A DNA stretch of 63,691 nt, filler included, from an uncultured bacterium (lineage in GTDB: Bacteria > CAYUVA01), in the NCBI GenBank assembly GCA_964448115.1. It is 6 parts of 4 records of this genome, joined end to end, with 100 filler letters (N's around TTAATTAATTAA, not from the genome) between each part and the next. Parts side by side here need not be neighbours in the genome. Positions count along the whole stretch, not along the records: positions 1 to 15,920 come from CAYUVA010000012.1; 5 more parts are not named here. One strand, written 5' to 3'. The notes under the pieces are model-generated. The model worked only from the letters and a program-made list of their open reading frames with translations. It searched no databases and was not told the origin of the DNA. Position 1 is the stretch's first letter, and every line of letters starts with the position of its first letter. The translations under genes and the position numbers were made by a program. Positions 1 to 8,795 of this stretch are shown in pieces.

Positions 1-1
1 C

Positions 2-937
2 TTCGAGAAGATCCAGACCATAGCCCGGGCAGATTCCACGGTGCTTATAACCGGGGAAAGCGGCACCGGTAAAGAACTAGTAGCCCGAGCAATACATAAG
101 CTGAGCACCAGGAGCAACCATCCATTCATCCCCATCAATTGCAGCGCCTTCCAGGAAACCCTTTTGGAAAGTGAGTTGTTCGGCTATGAGCAGGGTGCTT
201 TCACCGATGCCAGGTCAGCCAAGAAGGGGCTTTTTCTGAGTGCAAATGGGGGCACTTTTTTCTTCGACGAGATCGGTGATATGAGCCTTTCGCTGCAGGC
301 GAAACTACTGCGAGTGCTCGAGGACAGAAAGGTGCGCCCCTTGGGGAGCAATACCGAATTCAAGGTCGATATCAGGGTGCTATCCGCTACCAACAAGAAT
401 CTGAGTGAGGAGATCGAGAAGGGAAGATTTCGTAATGATCTGTTCTTTCGACTTAATGTAGTGGAATTGAATATACCCCCCTTGAGGGAGCGCAAGGATG
501 ATATACTATTCTTGGCAGACCACTTTCTTGACGAGTTTAACTCGAGATTTAACAAGAAGATCTTGGGCTTCAAGCCGGAGGCGGAAAAAGCAATGCTGCA
601 ATATGACTGGCCGGGGAATGTGCGCGAGCTGAAGAATCTAGTGGAAAGAACCGTGCTACTGGGCAGTGAAAATGGATATATCCACTTGTCAAATTTCCCC
701 CCGGAATTACAAAGTTTGTCAAAGGACAACCGGGTGATAAATGAACTCAACTACAATAAGGCAAAAGATAAAGTACTTTGGGATTTTCATAACGATTATT
801 TCAGCTATCTTTTAAGAAAAAATCGTGGTAATGTCTCTCGCAGCGCGTTTGAAGCTGGAATAGATCGCAGCAGCCTACAAAGATTGCTAAAAAAATATGG
901 GATCAAAAGCTCCAACTATCGCAAACAAAGGCAATAA
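2..937 (+). CDS. Sigma-54-dependent transcriptional activator (NtrC/Fis family), 5' truncated by window edge
   Basis: Walker A GESGTGKE, GAFTDA loop, DEIG Walker B, WPGNVREL, C-terminal Fis-type HTH; frame is open from position 2. Confidence 0.95.
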   Translation, partial: FEKIQTIARADSTVLITGESGTGKELVARAIHKLSTRSNHPFIPINCSAFQETLLESELFGYEQGAFTDARSAKKGLFLSANGGTFFFDEIGDMSLSLQAKLLRVLEDRKVRPLGSNTEFKVDIRVLSATNKNLSEEIEKGRFRNDLFFRLNVVELNIPPLRERKDDILFLADHFLDEFNSRFNKKILGFKPEAEKAMLQYDWPGNVRELKNLVERTVLLGSENGYIHLSNFPPELQSLSKDNRVINELNYNKAKDKVLWDFHNDYFSYLLRKNRGNVSRSAFEAGIDRSSLQRLLKKYGIKSSNYRKQRQ

Positions 938-965
938 TGGTCTATTTGCCGGTTGTCATTCTTGT

Positions 966-985
966 GTGTTGCAGTTTTGCAACAC
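966..985. promoter_or_regulatory. Palindromic candidate enhancer (UAS) for a sigma-54 activator
   Basis: GTGTTGCA-GTTT-TGCAACAC perfect 8-bp inverted repeat ~210 nt upstream of a -24/-12 promoter; near copy at 1576-1595. Confidence 0.6.
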
Positions 986-1193
986 TATTTTCAGGGAACC
1001 AAATTGGAGCATAGATGCATCAACCTGGTTAGACAATGGACAATAAATATTTCTTGGCAGTGGATATTAGAACAAGTGAGATTGAAAAAACGAGCTGCAT
1101 CACCAAGCATCATATTTTTATCTCGTTGATATTTAATGATAATTTACCGATATCGGTATTTTCGGTACTATAAAATGGCTTTTTCATCTTTTT

Positions 1194-1209
1194 TGGCATA
1201 ATGCTTGCA
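1194..1209 (+). promoter_or_regulatory. Sigma-54 (-24/-12) promoter
   Basis: TGGCATAATGCTTGCA matches TGGCAC-N5-TTGCW with exact GG/GC spacing; IHF-like site TATCTCGTTGATA at 1119-1131. Confidence 0.8.
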
Positions 1210-1219
1210 TATTTTCTTA

Positions 1220-1500
1220 ATGGAAGTTAAAAGACAAAATGGTTCTTTGAGAGGCGAAAGGTAGTTATGGTTAGAAGGCGATCATTCGGGGGTTTCGTCC
1301 TCATTAGAAAGTTGCCTGACAACTGGTCGTCTTATCCACAAAGACGATGCTTCTCCATCTAAGATTCTGATCCTCCAATCAGAAACTTTTTCACGCCACA
1401 CACAAGCCTTCTCACTGTCAATCGGTAACCTCCAGCCGATTGATTATTCTACCTCCAATCCTCTGACCCGGTGGGCGCCCGGGCGCCCACCGGCTCCTCA
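1220..1500 (+). ncRNA. Candidate sigma-54-dependent structured sRNA with repeated CCUCCA loops
   Basis: No long ORF after the promoter; hairpins at 1327-1347, 1365-1384, 1418-1443 and a 26-bp perfect palindrome at 1468-1493; ends approximate. Confidence 0.55.
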
Positions 1501-1673
1501 CCAAAACTAGGCAGCACAAGTTAAACAGAATATCCAAGGCACTCTTATTTCCCCATAAATAGTCTATTTCTGTTAGTGTTGCAGGTTTGCTGCACCTATT
1601 TTAAGCTCGGATAGGGGATTTCTTAAAGGTAAGCAGGGGGTATGCAGCAGATCGATCACATAAGTCGGGAAGC

Positions 1674-4040
1674 TCAAAGAAACTCGTACATAGCAAGGTC
1701 TAGCATGAGTTCCTCAAAGGTCTGGTAGCGCTCGCTTCTTTTCTTCTTGATGCACTTTAATATCACATCGCAGATATCCTTGGGCAGCTCCGGCTTGATC
1801 TTACAGGGGTCGATGGGGGTGCTCTCATGGAAGTCGAAGATGCCGTACTCGACCTTCGGATTCTGCTCCTTGTGGGGAAACTCGCCGGTTAACATCTCGT
1901 AAAGTATGAGACCGAGCGAGTAGATATCGCTCCATTCCCCGAACGAAGATTCAACCGAGATATGCTCTGGGGACATGTATTTAGGCGTGCCGGTAACCTT
2001 CTCCCGGCTTACCGGGGGGAGTTTCACGAACCGGGAAAGCTCGAAATCGATGAGCTTGGCTTTGAAGTCATCTTTAGTAACCATGATATTTGCCGGTTTC
2101 AGGTCCGCATGTAGGATTCCTTTTTTCTTTAGTTCGACCATGGCTTTACAGATATAGTTGGCTATGGAGATCCTCTGTGGAATGCTCAAGCCTTTGAAGG
2201 TGGCTGTTTTCATGAAGACCTCGAGGTCCCAGCCATCGACAAACTCCATACGGATGCAGTTCAAGCCCTTGAACTGAAATATCTCAAAGATGGTAACTAC
2301 ATACTCGTTTTTAAATCCTAGAAGCCCCATTGCCGATCTCTTGAATCGTTTTAATATTATCTCATCGTTATTATGCTCAGGTTTCAATATCTTTAGTGCT
2401 TCTATGCGAGGGATGCTGTGGTTTCTTATCTTGTATATATAGGTGAATCCTCCCTGCCCGATCTTTTCCAGGATCTCATAGTGTTCACCGATCATGAATC
2501 CTTTTTGAAGCGACTCTGAGCTGATAACTCGCAGTGATCTTGTGGAGAGGAGTTGATTTTCAAGCGGGTTGAGCTTCTTTTTTACCGGCTCGTATCCAGA
2601 AATGCTGATAAAGCCCTGCGCGTCTATTTGACAGACGATCTCCAGCTCAAAAGTATCATCATCCTTTTTTATGTAGGCGATATGGTTGTATTCCCCCACT
2701 TTCTCTTTACCGGCTGGGTGGTGTGGATTTGCCTGATAGATGAAGAATTCGCCGTTGAAGTCCTTGAGAACCGGTACCGTAACTCGGGCAGTATATGGAA
2801 TCGGCTGGTTGCAAGGAACGATGGAGATAAAGTCGCTCTGCGCAGTCTTGATAAAGGTCTCATGGGGGAATATCTCGAATATCTTGATCTCTTTGGATAA
2901 CATCTGAATATCTCCGGAGGCGATGCCGAGACCGTAGATGATGATATGCCCCGGTGTGGCTCCCTTGACGGTGGCGATATCGAAGTACTCGTTCATTATT
3001 TTCTTTATACTGCTTTTATTAGCCATCCCGCCCGCAATAAATAAGGCTTCTATATCATTGGGTGAAAGGTTTAGCCTTTTCAATAATTCCATGAAGCTGC
3101 TGATGCTCTTTTTAATAAGCGGCTCCATAAGTCTGTCGAGTTCTTCAGCGCTTAGATCCGCGATCAGGGCAGTCGGCTTCTTGTTTACCATTGAGATATA
3201 GGGAAGCTCTATATGCGAGACCGAGAAATTAGTAAGCTCCATCTTGACTCGTTGCGCCTCGCTAAGCAATCTTTGCAGAACCATTGGTGTTATATTGAGC
3301 GCTTTTTTATGGTTTTCCTGGTATTTTTTTGCCATCCAGTTGGCAAGGATCAGATCGACCGCATCTCCGCCCAGTTCGGTCTTTTCTTTGTGTGCGATTA
3401 TTTCGAGTATATTATCCCTGATCTCTGCTATGGAGATACGAAGTGCAGTAGCTCCCCAATCCCACACAGCTATCCGTTCGGTGGCATTTGTCTTGAAGGC
3501 ATAAAAGGCAGCAGCCGCGGTCGTACTATTGATGATGGCTTTGAGCCTAAGCCCTAGTTCATTCAGGATTGTGCTAAGCTCGCTGCGCAGCTTGGAGTTG
3601 AAGCTGAATGGAACGCCGACTACGGCAGTAGAGATCTGGTCGCCGATCTCCTGTTCAGCTAGCATCTTGATCTCTTTGATCATAGATTGAAGGAGTTGGG
3701 CGGGATGAAAGACCTCGCCCTCGATCTCAAATAGTAGGTTTCCCTCCAGATCCTCCTTGAGGCTGTAGGGGACTCTATCTTTCCACCATTGGATGTATTC
3801 AGAGCCAAGAGGTTTGCCCCAAAAGTTGATAAATGTATTGATCGTGTTCGCTGGATTCATCAGGTACTTGGACTTGGCTACCTCCCCGACCGTCAACTGA
3901 CGATTTTTGTCAATAAAGACGAAAGAGGGGAAGCCGAAGGTGCCATTATAGTTTATGACCTCTCGGTAAGCGCGATTCTTTATTATAGCAGCCTTGCAGA
4001 GCTTAGAGCCTATGTCGATCAGCAGTACAGGTTCCATCAT
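1674..4040 (-). CDS. Hsp70/DnaK-like domain fused to C-terminal Ser/Thr protein kinase
   Basis: N-terminal IDIGS, AVVGVP, STTAAAAFY, LGGDAVD (Hsp70 NBD); C-terminal GQGGF, ALKILK, HADLKPAN, GTPKYMSPE. Confidence 0.85.
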   Translation of the reverse strand: MMEPVLLIDIGSKLCKAAIIKNRAYREVINYNGTFGFPSFVFIDKNRQLTVGEVAKSKYLMNPANTINTFINFWGKPLGSEYIQWWKDRVPYSLKEDLEGNLLFEIEGEVFHPAQLLQSMIKEIKMLAEQEIGDQISTAVVGVPFSFNSKLRSELSTILNELGLRLKAIINSTTAAAAFYAFKTNATERIAVWDWGATALRISIAEIRDNILEIIAHKEKTELGGDAVDLILANWMAKKYQENHKKALNITPMVLQRLLSEAQRVKMELTNFSVSHIELPYISMVNKKPTALIADLSAEELDRLMEPLIKKSISSFMELLKRLNLSPNDIEALFIAGGMANKSSIKKIMNEYFDIATVKGATPGHIIIYGLGIASGDIQMLSKEIKIFEIFPHETFIKTAQSDFISIVPCNQPIPYTARVTVPVLKDFNGEFFIYQANPHHPAGKEKVGEYNHIAYIKKDDDTFELEIVCQIDAQGFISISGYEPVKKKLNPLENQLLSTRSLRVISSESLQKGFMIGEHYEILEKIGQGGFTYIYKIRNHSIPRIEALKILKPEHNNDEIILKRFKRSAMGLLGFKNEYVVTIFEIFQFKGLNCIRMEFVDGWDLEVFMKTATFKGLSIPQRISIANYICKAMVELKKKGILHADLKPANIMVTKDDFKAKLIDFELSRFVKLPPVSREKVTGTPKYMSPEHISVESSFGEWSDIYSLGLILYEMLTGEFPHKEQNPKVEYGIFDFHESTPIDPCKIKPELPKDICDVILKCIKKKRSERYQTFEELMLDLAMYEFL

Positions 4041-4210
4041 ATATATTAGTAAGTTACAGGTTTCTTTATAGCAAATGTCATCCTAAACTGCTATGAGTTT
4101 TCCATAATCTTCCATGTTTACATACTAGTAAGATGCAGTTAATCCTTCAAGAAGATGCCGTCGCCTCATGATCCTTGACATTAAAGGCAATGCTTGATTA
4201 AGATGCAGTT

Positions 4211-5005
4211 GTGATCATGAAGTCCAATTATCATAGCAAACTTAGCCGAGGGTGCATTGTACGACCCTTGTTTTTCCTGTTTTCCTTTATCTGTCTTTTC
4301 TTGATGGGATGCGAAAACTATCACGGGACCATAGAGGGGCAGGTTACGCAACACCAGGTCAAGGAGAACGATATCATAGTTCATCCCTTTGGTTTGCGAG
4401 TTGAAGCCAAGGCATTGAAGGATGATGAGCGCGCCTTTGACTATACGGACCATAAGGGCAGATACCGCATTGAGAACGCCGGGTTCGGATTAAATCAAGT
4501 AACCGTCTCCGGCAAAGGATATTTCACCACCTCCACCTATATCGATGTTCGCAAGGATACCCTTCATATTCATGACTTCGTGGTGCGCAAGGTGCCGGAT
4601 AGAAAGGCGATGGGGCTTTATGTCCTGGTTGAGGATGCCTATAGTAAGGAGCCTATATCCGGCGCCCAGGTAGCGCTTTATCAGCATATTGGTTATGGCT
4701 ATGTTTACCAGGACACCAGGGCGACCAATGAATACGGTTATGCGAGGTTCTGGGAGGGATTGCCCACCTGGCTGAAGAACCCCTTTGATATTATTGGAGC
4801 CAAGCTGGTCGGTCTGCCCAATACCATGTCCATCGATGAATACACCATCCTGCTTATGAAGGTAGAGGTAGCCGCTGCTGGATATATCAATACCGATAAG
4901 ATCTTCATGATAACCTATAATACCCCCAACCCAATGCTAGTTACCATGCAGATGCTCACGCCTGGAAACGGTGATGAGGATGATGGCGAGATGGGGGGAT
5001 CTTAG
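4211..5005 (+). CDS. Putative lipoprotein with carboxypeptidase-regulatory-like (CnaB/transthyretin-like) beta domains
   Basis: Lipobox LMGC; two TDxxGxY / TNEYGYA-type beta-sandwich repeats. Confidence 0.6.
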   Translation: MIMKSNYHSKLSRGCIVRPLFFLFSFICLFLMGCENYHGTIEGQVTQHQVKENDIIVHPFGLRVEAKALKDDERAFDYTDHKGRYRIENAGFGLNQVTVSGKGYFTTSTYIDVRKDTLHIHDFVVRKVPDRKAMGLYVLVEDAYSKEPISGAQVALYQHIGYGYVYQDTRATNEYGYARFWEGLPTWLKNPFDIIGAKLVGLPNTMSIDEYTILLMKVEVAAAGYINTDKIFMITYNTPNPMLVTMQMLTPGNGDEDDGEMGGS

Positions 5006-6663
5006 GCTTTTTTATGTCGGTTAAGCAGTCTTTTGACTCTGGGATTCTCTTTCTCCACGGAGAGCACTTTGGAGCAGTATGATTCCATCAGTCTTTCCCG
5101 GATGGTCTCCAGGTAGGTATCTATTTGCTTATTATCCGGCATCTCCTCTTGGAGATTTAGCAGCCTCTTGGTCGCCTCGACATACTTACCACCTAGTATG
5201 AGTTTATCCACCAGAGGTAGCACTTTTTTTAGGGATTCCTGCTCAGAATCCACTTTGCTTACCCTTGCTGCCTTGTTATATGCTTTTACGGTACTGGTGT
5301 CTATCTTGGCGGGTTTATAGCCATCTTTAGGGATACTTTCTATGATCTCGAAGATCTGGTTGCTCATAAGCTGATATGATTCCTGGTTTGTTATCAGGAC
5401 ATCATGAGTCAACAGGTTCTTGGCGACCAATTTCAGCAACAGGCTCTGACGCTGGGTTATGAAGATAAAGGGGATGCGATGCAGGTTTCTTTGTTCTCTT
5501 ACCCCTTGTAATTGGGGGAATTGTTTAATGGTAGTAAGTGATAGTTCATAGATGACTGCCCGGGGGAGTGCTTTTTGCATGGTGCGTAATAGCATCTCCT
5601 CGGAGTTTACCAGGGTGATATTAAACCCTTTTGATGACAAGGAATTCTCCAGGATGGTAAATCCTATATCCCTTGCCACCTCAACATCAACGGCAATAAT
5701 CAGGTAATTGCTCTGCACTATCGGGGGGAGTTTCTTTGTTTTGATCATCTCGACAGGTATTGATTTGGGACTTTTTCTCTCTCTTGGCAAGATCCTCACA
5801 GCCCTCTTTTCTTGTTTATCTAGTCTCAATTTCTCCTTGATCGCAGATAGGTCTTCCTTGATCTCATTAGCGGATTGGTACCTGAGTAGAGGGTCTTTGT
5901 GGAGCATCTTTTCGATGATTTCATCGAACCTGGAAGGCAATGAATAATTGACCGATGTTGGTGGTGTATGTTGTTCGCTGCTTATCTGCAATAGTGTCTC
6001 TGCGGGATCTTCACTGATGAATGGGTGGATGCCGACTGCCATCTCATAAAGGACTATTCCAAGAGAAAAAAGATCGGAGCGATGATCCTCAGCGCCCTGA
6101 AGGCGCTCTGGTGCGATATAGTTGATGGTGCCGGTAACAGTAAAGCTGGTATTGCTCAGGGCTTGTAGTTCCTGGCTTATCCTGGCAAGCCCGAAATCGG
6201 TGATCTTCACTTGATTTTCCTTATTTATAAGTATATTACCCGGCTTGATGTCTCTATGTATTATTCCCATGCTATGCGCATAAAATAGGGCATCGCACAA
6301 CTGCATTCCATAATCCAAAGCCATCTCGAAGCTTATGCCTTTCTCGGAGGTGAGCAGATTCAGTAGGCTCTCACCCTCGACATACTCAAGAACGATATAG
6401 GGTCTATCCTCCCATTCGCCGGCATCCAAGGTCGTTACGATGTTGGGGTGGAATAACCTGCCGGAGGTCTTGGCTTCCCGCTCCATGATCTCAATGATCT
6501 TTCGCGAGTAATCATCGATATTTTTGCCCAAAAGGTTATCCAGCCTAATGGTTTTAAGAGCCACTGGGCGCTGGATTGTGGGGTCGAATCCCTTGTAAAC
6601 GACTCCCATGCCACCCTCGCCGATGACTCCCTCTATTATATATCTGCCAATTTTCTCGGTCAT
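5002..6663 (-). CDS. Hanks-type Ser/Thr kinase with C-terminal pseudo-receiver domain
   Basis: GEGGMGVVY, VALK, HRDIKPGN, DFG, GTINYIAPE; CheY-like segment with VIYE in place of the phospho-Asp. Confidence 0.9.
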   Translation of the reverse strand: MTEKIGRYIIEGVIGEGGMGVVYKGFDPTIQRPVALKTIRLDNLLGKNIDDYSRKIIEIMEREAKTSGRLFHPNIVTTLDAGEWEDRPYIVLEYVEGESLLNLLTSEKGISFEMALDYGMQLCDALFYAHSMGIIHRDIKPGNILINKENQVKITDFGLARISQELQALSNTSFTVTGTINYIAPERLQGAEDHRSDLFSLGIVLYEMAVGIHPFISEDPAETLLQISSEQHTPPTSVNYSLPSRFDEIIEKMLHKDPLLRYQSANEIKEDLSAIKEKLRLDKQEKRAVRILPRERKSPKSIPVEMIKTKKLPPIVQSNYLIIAVDVEVARDIGFTILENSLSSKGFNITLVNSEEMLLRTMQKALPRAVIYELSLTTIKQFPQLQGVREQRNLHRIPFIFITQRQSLLLKLVAKNLLTHDVLITNQESYQLMSNQIFEIIESIPKDGYKPAKIDTSTVKAYNKAARVSKVDSEQESLKKVLPLVDKLILGGKYVEATKRLLNLQEEMPDNKQIDTYLETIRERLMESYCSKVLSVEKENPRVKRLLNRHKKA

Positions 6664-6780
6664 TATAAGATGATAATATCAGAAGGTTATAGTTATTACA
6701 AAGCCGGTCATGGCTATGATAGCTTGTTCCAAGCAAGTCGAAACTTCAAGCGGTGTTAGGAATTAATTGAAATAATTAAG

Positions 6781-6808
6781 TTGACAATGCACCTAATAAT
6801 AATAAAAT
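6781..6808 (+). promoter_or_regulatory. Candidate sigma-70 promoter of acyl-CoA dehydrogenase
   Basis: TTGACA-16 nt-TAAAAT. Confidence 0.45.
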
Positions 6809-6922
6809 ACGATCCTGGAATAGCTCCCTGGGATGATATTGCAAATCAAACCCAGTTCCCAAACGAGTTGATCTGATGATGGATATGAGCTTTAGAAACA
6901 ACAAAGTACTAAGGAGGAAATA

Positions 6923-8743
6923 ATGAGCGAAAGGGAATTTGTAAAGGGCGGGATGTTCCTGCTGGAACCAGCCGCGGTCAGACCTATCTTCACCAGGGAA
7001 GAGCTTAACGAAGAGCAGTTGATGATCGGAAAGACCGCCTGGGATTTCATCGAAAAGGAGATCATGCCCAGGTTGGATGAATTTGAGGATCACGACAAGA
7101 AAAGACCGCTCAACAAGGAGTATGTGCAAAAAGCCGGCGAACTGGGACTGCTGGCGGTCGATATCCCCGAGGAATACGGCGGCTTCGATATGGGCTTCAC
7201 TACCGGCATGTATGTAACCGAGAATGTCGCCCGCGCCAGCTCCTTTTCTGTCTCCATGATGGCACATAGCGGGATAGGGGTGCTGCCGATTAGGTTCTTC
7301 GGAAACAAGCTGCAAAAGGATAAGTACCTAGCCAAGCTCGCTTCGGGAGAGCTTATTGCTGCTTTTTGCCTTACCGAGGCTGCCACCGGGTCCGATGCGC
7401 TTGCCCTAAAGACAAAAGCGACCTTGAGCGAGGATGGCAAGCATTACATCCTAAATGGCGAGAAGATGTGGATAACCAACGGCGGCTTCGCTGATATATT
7501 CATCGTCTATGCCAGGGTGGATGATGACAAGAAGGTCTCTGCGTTTATCGTTGAGGGCGATAGCGAGGGCTTCACCAGGGGCAAGGAAGAGGATAAGATG
7601 GGAATAATGGGCTCATCTACTACCGCCCTACACTTCGACAATGTCAAAGTACCGGTGGAAAATATGCTCGGTGCCAGGGGCAAGGGGCACAAGAGCGCCT
7701 TCGGCATACTCGACATCGGTCGCTTCAAGCTCGGAGTCGGCTGCTACGGCGGATGCAAAGACCTTATAGCTACTACCGCTAAGTACGGCAACGAAAGAAA
7801 GCAGTTCGGCATGACGATAAACAGCTTTGGCATGATCCGAAGGAAGTATGCTGATATGGCAATGCGCATCTTCGCCCTGGAGAGCGAAGCCTACCGGACT
7901 TCGGACATGATGGATGTGGCAATGAAGACCCTGCCCCCGGAGAGCGAGGAAGGTTGGATCGATAAGGCTTATAAGATCCTTGAGATGTACAATGTCGAGG
8001 CATCTATCCTCAAGGTTTATGGCTCCGAGGTGCTCGATTTCGTGGTTGATGAATGCGTGCAGATCCACGGCGGATATGGCTACAGCGAGGAATACCCAAT
8101 CGCCAGGGCTTATCGCGATGCAAGGATAAACCGCATCTTCGAGGGAACCAATGAGATCAACCGCCTAGTCATTCCCGGGACCTTCTTCCGCAAGGTGATG
8201 AAGGGGGAGCTTGACTTCATGGGCGAACTAAACAAGGTGCTGGCTGAGATCAAACAGGATGCCATAAATAAAGAGCCAGCAGATGGACCTCTGGGCAGGG
8301 AGATCACCGCGGTCAATGTTGCAAAGAAGACCGCTATCTACACCTTCGGATGCATTGCCCAGAAGCACATGGCAAAGATGCAGGACAAGACCTTCATGCT
8401 CACCGAGTTCGAGTATCCGCTCGAGGGCATGGCGAACCTGGCTATCGATATATATGCAATGGATTCGGCGCTATGCCGTGCCATTCGCTTCATCGAGTTA
8501 AAAGGTGAAGAGCGTGGCGAGTATGTGAAACTGCTGGCACAGACCTTCATCTACCAGACGCTGCACAAGGTCTTTAACGATAGCAAACTTCTGCTAGCCG
8601 ATGTCGCCGATGGAGATCCAGAGAAGTGGCAGCAATACTCCAAGGCGCTGCACAGGCTATACTGGTTCTACCCGTATGACCTGGCAAAGGCAAGAGATAA
8701 GATCGCGCAGCGCATCATCGAAGAAGAGGGCTATTCACTGTAA
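6923..8743 (+). CDS. Acyl-CoA dehydrogenase (long form, FadE/VLCAD-like)
   Basis: AFCLTE..GSD, NGEKMWITNG, QIHGGYGY, RIFEGTNEI; SD AAGGAGG. Confidence 0.95.
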   Translation: MSEREFVKGGMFLLEPAAVRPIFTREELNEEQLMIGKTAWDFIEKEIMPRLDEFEDHDKKRPLNKEYVQKAGELGLLAVDIPEEYGGFDMGFTTGMYVTENVARASSFSVSMMAHSGIGVLPIRFFGNKLQKDKYLAKLASGELIAAFCLTEAATGSDALALKTKATLSEDGKHYILNGEKMWITNGGFADIFIVYARVDDDKKVSAFIVEGDSEGFTRGKEEDKMGIMGSSTTALHFDNVKVPVENMLGARGKGHKSAFGILDIGRFKLGVGCYGGCKDLIATTAKYGNERKQFGMTINSFGMIRRKYADMAMRIFALESEAYRTSDMMDVAMKTLPPESEEGWIDKAYKILEMYNVEASILKVYGSEVLDFVVDECVQIHGGYGYSEEYPIARAYRDARINRIFEGTNEINRLVIPGTFFRKVMKGELDFMGELNKVLAEIKQDAINKEPADGPLGREITAVNVAKKTAIYTFGCIAQKHMAKMQDKTFMLTEFEYPLEGMANLAIDIYAMDSALCRAIRFIELKGEERGEYVKLLAQTFIYQTLHKVFNDSKLLLADVADGDPEKWQQYSKALHRLYWFYPYDLAKARDKIAQRIIEEEGYSL

Positions 8744-8768
8744 GCCCTAGGCTAAAGAGAAGGAATCC

Positions 8769-8795
8769 AGGGGCGATTCGTTTCGCCCCTTTTTT
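8769..8795 (+). terminator. Rho-independent terminator
   Basis: AGGGGCGA/TCGCCCCT stem followed by T tract, between convergent genes. Confidence 0.75.

Noticed and set aside
184-750. Antisense ORFs such as 184-750, 32725-33522, 38324-39055, 45370-46167
   Set aside because: Shadow frames of well-supported genes with no recognisable motifs
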